Shown piece by piece: positions 23,491-36,914 of a stretch of DNA of 64,000 bases. The stretch spans positions 52,266,001 to 52,330,000 of the forward strand of contig OX597814.1 of NCBI GenBank assembly GCA_951406725.2. The letters are read 5' to 3'. A program made the position numbers and the translations under genes. The DNA is from Octopus vulgaris (taxonomy: Eukaryota). Position 1 is the first letter of the stretch; each line of letters opens with the position of its first letter. The notes beneath the pieces were generated by a model. That model saw only the letters and a program-made list of their open reading frames with translations. It was not told where the DNA came from and ran no database searches.

Positions 23491-24754
23491 TCTTAATAGA
23501 GAAAAGGAGTGAAGCGATACAGACAGAGAAAGGAAAGCTTCAGTCATTTAAAATGACAACTAGACAGAAATACAATTCATCTTTTCTAGCTTCTTTACTT
23601 TTAACAATGAAGAAAAGGGAAAGACATTTAGAAATGAATAGAGGGAAAGTCTTTCAGATGTTTACATTTTCATTCTGGGAGTTCTAGAATGATTGACTGT
23701 TAGTTCTCTCTTTCCTCCCACTCCCAGTACTTATTCGCCTTCTTTCATAGTTCTTCATGCCTTTTAGTTGGGGGGAAAGACCATGTTTTTTTTTTTCAGG
23801 CACGTTTAACGTTTCCTCTACAAACTACAAACAAGCCCCCATTATTTCTGTGTGTGTGTTTGTTCCTCCACCATCACTTGACAACAGATGTTGGTGTGTT
23901 TGCGTTCCCATAACTTAGCTGTTTGGCAGAAGAGACTGATAGAATAAGCACCAGGCTTACAGGGAATAAGACCAGAGGTTGATTTCTTAACTAAAGGGTG
24001 GTGCTCCAGCATGGCCACAGTCAAATGACTGAAACTAGTAAAAGAATAAAAGAATACTAGAAGAATGTTCTGTACACTAAACCAAGAAGGTTCTTTGAAT
24101 ATGTACGATGTATTTTAAGGTTAATATAGTAATTCGATTTATGTTTGCGTAGCTGAGATATTTTGGTTGGATTATCGAGTTATCAGTTTTACACTTCTTA
24201 CTTTATTCCGTAGGTGTCACAATATAGAAACATTTCTCATGGTACCAGCACACAATTTACAGATGCTTACGTTTTTTATGTTTTCGATGAAGTTTTCACG
24301 GCTCCAGCTAGTCATAATTTTACTAATGCTGACAGTACCTTTCATCTTTCTGATGATGGTAAAACAGTATCAGTCAAGTACTACAGTTGATTTAATGGGC
24401 TGTATATGCTCTCCCAAAGTTTGGGGCAGTGTTTGTTGAATCTTTAGTCAGATAAAATGTTTTGTGGTATTCACTTACATTCTGAGTTTAAATTTCACCA
24501 AAGTCAATTTTGCCTTTCATCCTTTTGTGGGTTATTAGGTTCAATTAATCAACTTAATCCGCTCTCTCTAAAATTAGTGATCTTGTGTTTATATTAAAAA
24601 TCATTATTGTTATTTTAAATCCAAACTATAATTGTTTTTAAATTGCTGTCTTCAGAGTTATAATTGATATGTTAACATGCAATATTTAAAATGAAAAAGA
24701 AACGACTGGATTCAATATGTATCAAGTTAAATATCATTAACTATTCAATTTCAG

Positions 24755-24831
24755 TCACCTGTGCCTTCTGTTGTCCAATCAGCCTCTTTTGCTCTCTCTA
24801 ACCTTGCCAGAGAAAATCCAAGCATACAAAG
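24755..24831 (+). CDS. TMCO6: TMCO6-like exon 6
   Basis: SPVPSVVQSASFALSNLARENPSIQ; TTTCAG acceptor, AG|GTATTT donor. Confidence 0.9.
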
Positions 24832-25222
24832 GTATTTATGAACAAAACAGATTGAAGATTTTATGTTTAATTTCAGTTCTTCCTACTCATGATTTCATTT
24901 GAAACATTTCTATCAAAATGGTATATTTTCACACTTAGCATAATTTGATGGTTTCTTTCATTTTGTAGTATCACCATCATCATAATTTAATGTCCTTTTT
25001 TTTTCATGCTGGCATTGGTTGGACTCAACATTTATATTGCTAATGAAACCCTGTGGCTATTTTGGTGACATTTTAATAATAATTTGCAAATTATACTGCT
25101 TCAATTATTGATTTGGCATCACTAATTTCCAGTCCTCATCCTATCCAAACACCCCCTCTTTTAAAATGTGAGTAGTCTTGAACAAGAAACCTACTTTACT
25201 CCAACCCTTTTCTCTCGTACTT

Positions 25223-25224
<2 letters not shown>

Positions 25225-25258
<34 letters not shown>

Positions 25259-25835
25259 TGTGTACAGTGCTCAGGTGCACTACAACCCATCTAAAGTGTA
25301 TATATAATCAGGTGTAGTTTCGGCGGATTTCGGAAAGCATGAGGGCCTTAAAGGATGCAGTGTCATGGCAGTCAACAACTGACGCAGGCAGTTTATTCCA
25401 TGCTTCAGCAACTCTGAGCGTGAAAAAATGTTTCCGAAAGTCATGGGAGCTGTGTTGTTTTCTGACTTTGTAGGCATGTCCACGTGTGTTAGACACATGG
25501 AGATCAAAAAGGTGTTCAGTGTTGTTGTTGGTGAGGTGGTTGATAACCTTGTGGGTGTTTACCAAGTCCGTCGCCAGACGCCGGAGCTTCAGTGAATCCA
25601 TGCCCAGGGAAACAAGGCGCTCAGAATATGGTAGGTGTCTGATGGAGGGTATGCGTTTAGTTGCACGTCTCTGAACAGATTCCAGGAGGTCAATGTTCTG
25701 AGCAAGATAGGAATTCCAAACTGATGATGCGAATTCCAAGTGTGGTCGTACCATAGCTGTATACAGTTTTAAATAGATGGCTGGAGAGCGGCTAACAAAA
25801 GTCTTGCTGAGTGATGCCAAGACACCCTTGGCCTT
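25225..25835 (-). mobile_element. CR1-like LINE 3' end with (TTA)n tail in intron 6
   Basis: ORF 25308-25820: LYTAMVRPHLEFASSVW, LESVQRRATK, LPYSERL, NTRGHAYK, FFTLRVAEAWNKLP. Confidence 0.9.
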
Positions 25836-26186
25836 AGTTATCTACTTATTTTCCTAGCATAAAGTTCCCCCTCCCCACTCATGGTTTGTAGTCTTGGAAG
25901 CTGCATGACTATCTCATTAGTGTTAGTAGCATGTTAAAAGCACCCAATTCACACTGTAAAGTGGTTGGCATTGGAAAGAGCGTTCAGCTGTAGAAACCAT
26001 GCCAAACAGTTCTTGGGCCTATCCTGTCAAAATTTTCAGCTCATGCCAGCATGGAACATAGACATTACATGATGATGATGATGGAAAATATCTGATTTAA
26101 TTATTAAGGCAATTGTTTATTACACTGTTAATATGAATGATTTGCAGTTATTTTACCAGCTGATTCTTTGTTTTATTTCATTGTAG

Positions 26187-26300
26187 AACGATGCTTGATA
26201 ATAACATATTATCCAACATCATTCCTTTCTTGCATATTCATTTCAACTCCTTTGATATTTTGTGTGAACTTGGTTGGGTATTAACTTACCTTACTGCCAG
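26187..26300 (+). CDS. TMCO6: TMCO6-like exon 7
   Basis: TMLDNNILSNIIPFLHIHFNSFDILCELGWVLTYLTA; donor AG|GTAAGT. Confidence 0.9.
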
Positions 26301-26851
26301 GTAAGTTTCCATTAGTACTTATGCACTTTTTTGTGTGGTTTTCAGTATAAATTGTAAATTACAGTTTTGATCAAGTCAGTTTAAGATGTTTTAGCTATTT
26401 TTATTCTAATCTACTTTGTTTGCATTGATCTTGAACTTAAAAATATAAAAAAAATCTACCACTTTCAAAACTTCTTCATCAGTTTGAGGCCTTTGTAATT
26501 CCATACCTGTGAAACATCTCTTTTAAGTTTATGTTGAAGATGGTAATGTTTGGCCAGTTATGAGGATTACACCTACCTGATCAGCCAGCCAACATGGGAG
26601 GCTTCTGTTTTTTTTTTTTGCTCAACTTGTTAAAAAAGCAGCCTAATCTTCTTCAAATCATTCACTATCATCTTAAATAAGAATAGAAAACATTGGATTA
26701 TGTAATCTTGTATACCTTTGGGATGAACACAACCAGTGGCTAAACAGCAACAACTTGATTAGTTAAATGAGTAACTAGTGGACATGTATATGCATGCATA
26801 CTATCCTTTCTAATACTTCTTTGTAATCTTTGGAAACAATTTACTTTGCAG

Positions 26852-26948
26852 TAGTGAATATGTTGATGAGCTTGTAGCTATTGGACTTCTTACAAGATTG
26901 CTAAATCTGCTTGACAATTATGCTGCTGAAGAACAAAACAATGGACAG
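26852..26948 (+). CDS. TMCO6: TMCO6-like exon 8 (NAGNAG acceptor)
   Basis: SEYVDELVAIGLLTRLLNLLDNYAAEEQNNGQ; acceptor CAG-TAG; donor GTTAGT. Confidence 0.88.
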
Positions 26949-28237
26949 GTTAGTTTGGATTTTTACTGAATGTTATATACTGAGGAGGAAAATTATTCAT
27001 TTCTAGGGTTTATTTTACAACCTGTATCTATAACTACTTCCTAATCTAGCTTCCTTTCTCCAAATGTTATATAGCTTCAAGCAAATTTATTCTTGATATC
27101 TTAAGTCTAAGTTTGTTAACCTAAGCATATTTACTTTTCAGTGAATTGATCTTTATTTTTTCACTGATTTTCATCATTGTACTGTGTCCATACTGGGATA
27201 CTATATTCAGAAGTTTAATTGATTTTATTGAGTTTGGTACTCTAGTATTTATTTTATCAATCTCTTATTTATCAATGAGCTAAGGCAGACAAAATATCAT
27301 GATATTTTTGCTCAATACACTGATTCATCTGCCATCCCCTTTATTAATATATATAGATATTTGTGTGTGTTTGTATATATGCTCACATAGATAGTTAAGA
27401 GGAATTGGCAGAATTATTAAAGTGTTAGATAGAATATTTTTCAGTATCTATTTTGACTTTCTGCTCTGTGTTCAATCTTGCTAAAGTTAGCTTTTCCTTC
27501 CATCTTAGTAGGATCGATAAAAAAAAGTACCTTTCCATGGCAGTGGATTGATAGAGTTATTTTAGTGCCAGATAAGAAGCCTTGTCGTATCTATTCCAAC
27601 CTTTTATGTTCAGTTTCATTTCAACAATTAGTGGCAATGAGATTCTGTCATTTATATATTTTTTGCTGTTTTACTATTGAAAAAATTATTAATAACTGAC
27701 AGAAAGACCTGATTGTATTTGTAGAGATTTTTGTAATGTGTTGTATGAAGTATTTCTCAAATGAATTCTCTACTTCACATGATTATTGAAATGTAGTTTA
27801 TTAATAATAGACTATCTTATTTTGTCAGTTATAATTGTCAGTAGTTATTTCAATTCACTTGTGTTACTAATGTTGTTAAATAAGGCATGGATCATCCCTT
27901 ATAAATTTCTTTTATAAATCTATAAAAACGATTAGATATTGATTGGCTGTTAGATGGTTAAAACAGTAGGGTTGATTTAGATGGTGTAAAGTATTTAATT
28001 CTTAATTCAAATTTTGTTAGATTCATCTGTATATTTGTTTAGGATTTGTAGAGGTGTTGGTCATAGGGAAGTAATTTGATCAATTATATTTCTTTCTTTT
28101 ATAAGAATGAGTCTTGTACCAAATGAAAAGAAATTGCAAATATTATTGTTGGAAGAGATCTTCCAAAAATGCTACATTTTTTGGGCAAATAAATAAATCC
28201 CCTACTAATGTTATTGTGAATATGTTTATTGTTGCAG

Positions 28238-28406
28238 GTGATAACTCCTTTGTTGCGGGCAGTGGGAAATATCTGTGCTGGACAAGATGAATATAGTGTA
28301 CAAGCAGCCAATGATCCTGACTTCTTCTCATCACTAAATGCCTTCCTTCACTCCAAACACCGGCATATTATCAAAGAAACATTGTGGGTTCTTTCTAATA
28401 TGGCAG
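28238..28406 (+). CDS. TMCO6: TMCO6-like exon 9 (ARM)
   Basis: VITPLLRAVGNICAG...HRHIIKETLWVLSNMA; GT-AG boundaries. Confidence 0.93.
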
Positions 28407-29397
28407 GTTAGTATCTTTTTCTCTAATTTCTGCTTAAGAAATAGGCTCTTCTTTTTCTTTTGGTCCTCTGATAGACGGTTTTTTTTTCAACATGTGTAAA
28501 TTTTAGGTCTGTCAACTAATGTAAATGTAGCACTTTCAACACTAAGAATACCTAAAATGATGTGAAATTAGGTCGCAATTTGTGACTAAAGAAAGATTAA
28601 GTGAAAGGTAGAATCCACTGATAAACATTGACTTCAGATAGCCTTCATTTATTGTGTCTGTTTTTTATGCTGACTAGAGTTGACCATGTGTACAATACAT
28701 TTTTCATATCTTGATTTTTTAATTGATTTCATATTACTATGATCAGATCCACTTCATTAACTATTGTATTTAATTCTGTGCTACTTTCTCCAGCTAACTT
28801 ACACTAAACCTCCAAAGATTATACTATTGTACTGCAAGTTCACAGTTGGTATAGCTCTTTTGTTTCTTGTTTCACTGACAACACACTTTAGTAAATGGTT
28901 CTTTATATTCTGTTAACTGTCAATATAAACAACCTCAATAGCCTTATTTGGTAAAACATTCCATTCATATATAATTTGGCTGGATGGATACTGGGAAACA
29001 AGATCTTAAATCCACACTAGATAAAAGATGTAGTAAAGCTGGCAATAATGCTGCTTAGTGATCAAGTTTATTACAGAATATTGATTGATGATAATTCATA
29101 GCCATAGAAAAAAATGTGTCCAATTTAGTAATGCGATAGTAATACCAGCAATAAATTAAATGTGAAAACAAGAACCAACAAGAAGAGAACTTTTATGTGA
29201 TATCAACATCTGATGTCTGAGGCCTAAACTTAAATTATTCTGTTCTATTTAATGAAAACAATGGTAAATCAGCATCATAATTGTCCAAAACAGTTGTTTG
29301 TTTCTTTTTCAAAAATGTAATTTTTTTCTTCCGATTACTATTTAAAGTTATTTATTTCTATTGCTTTCATTTTTATATTTTTCTTCTTTTTTCATAG

Positions 29398-29489
29398 CTA
29401 TTGCTGATGTTTCAATGAGAATTTTGCATTCAGATCTTCTATCATCTGTAACTAAGCTTCTGGTGTCTACTTTTGACATTCGAATTGAA
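29398..29489 (+). CDS. TMCO6: TMCO6-like exon 10
   Basis: (A)IADVSMRILHSDLLSSVTKLLVSTFDIRIE; long polypyrimidine tract; donor GTAAGT. Confidence 0.9.
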
Positions 29490-29835
29490 GTAAGTTCTTT
29501 AAAATATAGTTTAATCATTGACCTACATTGTCTACATTTTCTCTGTGGACCTTTTCAGATCCATAATTGCTACCATATATCTGTTGGTACATTAACTTGT
29601 GTAACTCAATGTATTGAACTTTGAAGATAACCTTTGCTGACACAAGTTCCTAAGTTTTTGTTTCTCATTACTGGATCTATTTCTAGTAATATAAGTTTAA
29701 TTGCCATAATTTCCTCTTTGCCTCTCATGCTCCAGAAAATCAGACTATGCATGTATTACGATTAATTCTGCTACTAACCTACCTCCTTGTCATCAGTAAT
29801 TTTATTATAGTAATCTCTCTTGTATTAATCTTCAG

Positions 29836-30003
29836 GTTGTTTATCTGCTGTGTAACCTGGGTAGCCATTCTTCCAGTCATTGTTCAATATTGGCTCCTTT
29901 AAAGATTATTCCACAGATGGTTGTAATGTTGAAATCGTCAGACCTTGAATCTCTTAGTCTTGCTCTCTATTTCTGTGAGATGATGTGCCGACTGACAGAT
30001 GAG
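29836..30003 (+). CDS. TMCO6: TMCO6-like exon 11
   Basis: VVYLLCNLGSHSSSHCSILAPLKIIPQMVVMLKSSDLESLSLALYFCEMMCRLTDE; GT-AG boundaries. Confidence 0.9.
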
Positions 30004-30733
30004 GTAATTATTTATCTAATCTTCCTTTGCTGGATATTCTATAGACTTTTGGACAGTTAATCTATAGTTACAGACTTTTATGTACATGTATGAAGGGCAA
30101 ATCAACCTAGATAACCCACTTCTTCCTATGTTGTATTCATATAGAGAGTTGCATTAGTATCTTTTATTTGCACGTCATCGAGATGTAACTTCACTAAGCC
30201 GTTTGAAATCTTTGACTTTTTTGTATTTAATTTATTTTTCTGTATTTAATAATTTATTTACTGAGAAAAAATATCTATGCTTAAGGACAGAGAAAAATAT
30301 CACTAACAGAATTTCAACATTTCTTTAACGAGCTTGTCCTCCATTTTAACCATCCAGCAATTTTGCAATGATGGAATTGAAGATAGATGTTGAGTTTGTG
30401 TATTGAAAAAATCTCTTTGAGACATGTATGCAAGCCTGTTTTGATTCCCAGCTTAAGCTGATTTATTTTTCTATTAATGGTAATTGCTCAAAGAATGGTA
30501 CAAATGCCAAAACTCATATTTCTCCTCATATAATCTTTAGTTTCATTTCTATTTTAAAAGCATTATTGAAAGTTAAGTTTAATGTGATTTGAACTGAGAA
30601 AGTTTTTCAATTCTAGTTTTGTTACTTTTATCATCATTCTTTATTGTTGTTATATTAATGTTATTTTATTGTTGTCACTGTTTTTCATCAGTATGACATC
30701 TGATTCTAGCTAAAGTTTTCATTATATACCCAG

Positions 30734-30859
30734 GGTCAACAACAGTTTGAAGAATGTGGTGGGATTGGTTATCTTGAAGGTCTGGAATACCATTCCAATG
30801 AAGCAATTCAGACTCAAGCTAATGAAATGCTGGAGACCTATTTCTTTCTTGGGGATGAA
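30734..30859 (+). CDS. TMCO6: TMCO6-like exon 12 (ARM10-like)
   Basis: GQQQFEECGGIGYLEGLEYHSNEAIQTQANEMLETYFFLGDE, resembling the importin-alpha EECGG...HENE...IEKYF segment; donor GTAAGA. Confidence 0.9.
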
Positions 30860-32270
30860 GTAAGAATAGTTTCTTGTTTTTGAAATCCATTTGAAAAGGA
30901 CATATTTGCCTTACATGATATTTGAAAATAACTTCACAGATTTTTTTCTTTTCTTGTTTGAAGAATCATAAAAGCTATGAAGTGATAAAAGGTCTTTTAA
31001 ACTACAAGTTATATAAAAAAATTTAAAGCTAATAGTTACTTGATCTACATGTTTGTTTTTGGAAATTTGGTTGCTGGTAAAATATGTTGAGTTGCATGTT
31101 GGATTGTTTACAATCTGATGCATAAAAAAAGCTGTAAGCTACAAGTTTGGTGTTGCTTAAATCCAATTATTGACAAAAACCAATTGCATAGCATGGTTGT
31201 TTGTTTTATTAAAATCACTGGCAAGGAAGGTGCACATGTCCTGCTTAATTTTCAACTCATTATGTGGATAGTAAGTGATCCATTTGCTGCAGAATAAAGT
31301 TCTTTATACTTTCTAGGTTTACATTCTGTGTCAAGATCCTTGTTTAGTTAGAATCAATTTGTGCTTTTCACACTTCAAAGTGAAAGGTATAGAGAAAAAA
31401 AGATAGATAAAACAGACTCGCACTCTTGCATTATTATAAGAAAATTATAAGAATCATATCCCAGAAATTAATTGGTTTGTATGAGTTTCTGGTGAGTGTC
31501 ACAGCAGAGGGTAAAAACTAACTATTAAACCCAGCACATCATGATGATACACAGTGATATTGAAGAAATCAGAGAAAAAACTGTCACATGATCCCTTGAC
31601 TTATTAGAAATAATAGCCAAATTTCCTTCAAATCACACCATATGACCTCAGAAAGGGAAGAACACACTGAATAATGTAGTCCTTGATACATTATATTTGA
31701 GAAAAGATGAGATCGTCATGGCTGGAACTCTGTTGGAGTGAAAATAACTGAAATATATGAAAAGACTGAAAATATATATTTTATCTCTAAATAGAAATGT
31801 TAGTAAACTCAACACTGATCATAGTAGTTACCTTTGGAACCTGCAAAAAATTAAAAGTAAAATAATCCCTGATATGATTTAGATCCAAGACACTGATACT
31901 ATAATCTAAATATTCTAAATTAGTCAATTTGGATGTCTAGTCTTCTCACCTGTTCTGCTGTTCATAGCTGTTTAAATAATGTTGTATGACTTATTTAGCA
32001 ATGGTAGGCTTGTTTACTTTACTATAAATGAGCATCATTTTTTCATGGATCAAATCAATATATTATTTTCTTGTATGTATACATTTTCAGTCATACTTCT
32101 ATGAGCTGATAGTTGCATTCCTTGAAATAATAGAAATTTGTTGTGTTGGAGGAAGTACTTTTAGATGTCTCTAGATTTCAAATATTATTATACAACTTGG
32201 ACAGATTAATGATTTTTTTTTTATGAACTATGTCTTTTGCTAAATATAATGTTTCTGCTTTTCCTTTTAG

Positions 32271-32309
32271 AATGTTGACCAGGAACTTGATGAATTTCAA
32301 CAACATTGA
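32271..32309 (+). CDS. TMCO6: TMCO6-like probable terminal coding exon 13
   Basis: Strong acceptor TTTCTGCTTTTCCTTTTAG; NVDQELDEFQQH*. Gives a total of 1470 nt = 489 aa. Confidence 0.7.
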   Translation, partial: NVDQELDEFQQH

Positions 32310-32483
32310 TGTAGGATTTCTGAGAAGATATATCCAAAAGAATGTAGACGCATAAAGTTTACATATCTGGACACATAACATGCACATACATGCGAAGCAC
32401 TCAAACATAGTATATGCATATAATTTATAAACATCACACACACACACACACACACACATGCACACACATACATGTATGTATAA

Positions 32484-32531
<48 letters not shown>

Positions 32532-33344
32532 CTTTATGTTTGTGTGTATAAATATAATTATATATTAAATGATATATATATTGTTTACGCCATAAGAATT
32601 AAGAGACATAAATTAAATAATTTTAACAAATCATTTTAATGTGGTTAGATAAAGCTATAAATAATAGCATGTGTATATTAAGTTAAAAAATCCCTTGGAC
32701 TTTTTCCATCACAGGGTTTTTTTAACCCAATATTTACATGATATTACTTAGCTTTGTCTATTTTGAGTTCCAGTGTTAAAATTTATATACACTTATATAC
32801 CTACCCTTCATGTAATGGAAACAACCTCATACCCATTTGTCTTATATTTCCAGCAAGTGCTCACTTGGTAACCAGGTACACACCTTTGGCTGGCACTCTG
32901 AGAGTCTCCTTAGTAGTGAAAATCACTGCTTTACATTATAGAGAGATGTGTTTTTCCAGCTGTAGTGATGACAACCTATTTAGGGCAGCAAAAAAAAAAA
33001 CAGGTACAGTGCAGTTGGGATACTTTACTCCTTGAAGACAACCTCTCTAGTGCCAGTGGGATGATAAATTGCACTCACTCCATTCTATGAAATGATAGGT
33101 GATAGGAAGGGTATCCAGGTGTAAAAAAAACTATGCCAAAACTCATTTGCAGAATCACAGAATCCCATAGGCAAGTGTACGTGTGTGTGTGCATGTACTG
33201 TATATGTGTCAATATCTGTGTGTATACATGTATGTGTATGTATGTATGTGTGTGTATATATATATATATATGCATATATAAATATATCTATGTTTGTGTA
33301 TATGTGTGTCTATATATATCTACTATATATATGTAATTGGTAGA

Positions 33345-34125
33345 TCCAGAATTTTTGGCATTCCTGATATGTCTTCCATTCCTATCTGTCATATATGGTA
33401 TTTTTAAGCTCTTGTGTAGTGATTGGTGTAGTTTTTTGCTGGTCTATCCCTTCACCATTCATCATATGATATTTGCTGGATTTCTATTCTTTACTGTGAA
33501 AGAATGAAACCTAGGTGATATTTTGGGGGGGAGTCCAGTGTTTTCCTTAGTACATAATTAAGGCATATGATAAAAAGAGCTGGTGTGAGGGTATTGCCTT
33601 GTAGTACTTTGGCAGTGATCTGAAAGAAGTCAGTGTCTCTGTCAGCAGAATGAACTTTAGCAACTGTGCTCTTATAGAGCATTGTTAAAGCATTCATAGT
33701 TTCTCCAAGAATACCATAAGCGAGCAGTATCTCTCATTTTTTTGCCTCCTATGGATCGAATCAAAGACCTTTGTGAAAGTTAAGAAATGTAGAGCTACTG
33801 ATACATCTTCACATCTTCAATGAATCACCTGATTGTTAGTATTTGTCCTATCATTGATCTATTTGGACAAATGTTATTGTGATTCTTGCAAAGAATTTTC
33901 TAAAGCTTGGGTCCGATTCTTTTTAGCTGCAATTGCAGTCAGTATAACGCCATCATAGTGCTTCATAAAACTTCACCCTCTTTTCATGGGTACTGGTATT
34001 ATACAAACCTCTCTCCAGCAATGTATTGCTTTCTAATAGTGTACTACACTGCAAGGTCCCAAGAGCACATTGTTGAATTCTCCCAGTTTCCAGACCTCTG
34101 CAGGGTTGCCATTCCTGACCACAAT
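33345..34125 (-). mobile_element. Decayed RTE-like LINE RT fragment
   Basis: Minus-strand TDFFQITAKVLQGNTLTPALFIICLNYVLR resembles the RT motif GVLQGDTLAP. Confidence 0.7.
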
Positions 34126-35671
34126 GTGTACGTGTATTTGTGTACATGTACATACAAAAAAAAAAATAATCAAATACATGCAAGAAAATCAAATATTGGT
34201 AATCCATTCCAGTGTGTTCTCTGTGTCAGTGTGACATGCATTTGTCTAAACCAGCTAGCAGGGAAAACTGGGTATGAAACAAATATATATATGCATGTGT
34301 GTGTATAGATGGTTTTATGTGTGTGTGTGTATTTATGCATGTATAGATGTGTTATATATATGTATACATGTATATGTATAGATGTGTGTGTGTGTGTATA
34401 TATATATATATGTATGTATGTGTGTGTGTGCATGTATATGTATAGATGCTTATGTGTGTGTGTGTCTGCATGTATATATATATATATATATATAAATGTG
34501 TTTATGTGTGTGTGCCTGCATGGAACATCGGCATTAAATGATGATGGTTTATCATATAGGATGTCTGAATATGTATATGTATATACAGGTATACCTGTAG
34601 GTAAGTGTGACTGATTACAACTGAGTCATTAATGAAAGCTGTATTGAAGTCTATTGGATGGATTGTATCTACCTGTAATCACATGCTATCTAATATTCAG
34701 CCAGGACAGTTTGTCTAGCGTATAGAAGATTAGTTGTTGAAGTGAACAGAGATCAATTTACTTGATATAGAAAATATGATATGTGTGAGTGTGTATATAT
34801 ATATATGTATGTATGTATGTATATATATTAAATCATAAACTATATAATCTGGTTATTATATACTAAGTATAAAGTGTTGACTTCATATATTGAAACATAA
34901 TATTTTTTATTTAGGTATATAAAATACACCTAGTCTAAATATATAATGTTGTTATATAACATCATTATTTTATGTCCATTTTTCTATAGTAGCATGGTTG
35001 AGATGGGTTGTGTTGCTCCATTTTGTAGTTCCTTGACATTTATTTTGTGAGGTTCAGCCTTTCTTACAGGCTCCCATGTGTTCTTTCACAAGTTCCTTCC
35101 TGTTGGATTGCTTGGTACTTTTTTTTATCTAAATGCCACCTTCCAGATGCTTCATATGTTTGTACCTGGACAATCTTCTTTTGCACAAACATCTGATACC
35201 TCTTATACTCTGTTTTTCTCTCAGCTCATTTGTACTTCATTGTTCATGCACACTAACGTTTATATATCCAATGGTGCATGTGCTTTTTATTGTTTCCATC
35301 CTTTATACATCTTTACATTTAATCCCCTTGCATCATACACTCAAAGAGAGAGCTTTTGATAGCTGTCTGCATTTTTCCATCATTTTTTTTTTTGCTCTGT
35401 CTTTTAGGAACACTTACTGCTACTGCTGATTAGTTAAACTAGCTATCAGAAACTGTTAACTACCTCTAGGGAGATTACCAGGTAATTAAAAGAATTCATT
35501 TCATAGGCGTCCTTGTTGCTAAATACTCCTGGCTATGTATGAAATCCCTCTTTTCTACTTTTTGCTTAATGAGACCCCTGTCTTCCTGTCTTCTTTAGGT
35601 TTGGGAATAGGCATCTTGATATATGTTCTGATTGTATGTTTGGAACTTCACATGCATGTACATATAAGCTT

Positions 35672-35705
<34 letters not shown>

Positions 35706-35773
35706 TGTGTATATGTGTATATATATCATCATCGTCGTTTAACGTCCGTTCTCCATGCTAGCATGGGTTGGAC

Positions 35774-35902
<129 letters not shown>

Positions 35903-35956
35903 TATACAGGTGTAAATATATGCATACAAATACTTGTGTGAGCCTCTGTGTGTGTG

Positions 35957-35993
<37 letters not shown>

Positions 35994-36364
35994 AGAAAAA
36001 TTAAAGTAAAGGAAGTGAGATACAGATAATTATGGTGAAACGTATGCAGGAACTAATAATTTGTACTTGAGTTTTTCTAAATTTTCCTTTACAGATGCTC
36101 TCTACATCATAACTAGTAACACTACTGAGTAGTGGTAGACTAACCAATGTAATGGAAGCTAACTGGGTAGTGATAGTTTACATGGAGCTCTAACTCTTAC
36201 CATAGTAGTCATACAGCCAACTGTACCCACAAGATATATACAAACACAAACACAACCCATACCAGCATGGAAAACATGTTACATTATGATGATGATGATG
36301 ATGATGATATATATATATATATATATGATATTATATGTGGCACTCTGTCACAACGATGAGCTGC

Positions 36365-36900
36365 TTCATATTAATGAACAGGCACCATTTTTCGTCACCA
36401 GTAATGATTCGGTAAAGAAATCATTGCTTGTGCATGAGTTGAGCAGTGATGAGCAAGCAAACCAGTGGAGATTGTAGCGCAAGCATCTAGAACCCATGCT
36501 CTGTACTTCTGAACCTTTTCCATCGAGTGAAGATGCTTCTCTATAGCAGTGTGGGAGCATGCCATTTTCTTTGCCAGTTCCCTTGTTGTTTGACAAGAAT
36601 TTTTGTGCAAAAGTTGGTTTAATCGCTCTTCATCGAACTCAACTGGATGGCCAGAACAAGGTGCATTTTTTAGGTCAAAATTTCCACTTTTGAACTTGGC
36701 ATAGCAATCACGAGTGGTTCTTTCAGCTATGGCACCCTTTCCATACACAGCACAAATGTTGTGAGCAGCTTTTCCGGCCTTAAAGCCTTGATTAAAAGCA
36801 AAAAGGTAGAAGTGTCAAAAATGCTCGTTTTTCTTAACATGACATTCACTGATACATCAAGCTCTTCCTTAAAAATAAAATTATCAAATTTAGCCCAAAC
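36365..36900 (-). mobile_element. Mariner transposon 5' fragment
   Basis: YGKGAIAERTTRDCYAKFKSGNFDLKNAPCSGHPVEFDEERL...QTTRELA is a mariner HTH region. Confidence 0.85.
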
Positions 36901-36914
36901 ACCTAGTATATATA

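Noticed and set aside
30860-30883. Read-through stop as the sole TMCO6 terminus
   Set aside because: A good GTAAGA donor and a strong downstream acceptor with an acidic tail favour exon 13. Kept only as a possible isoform.
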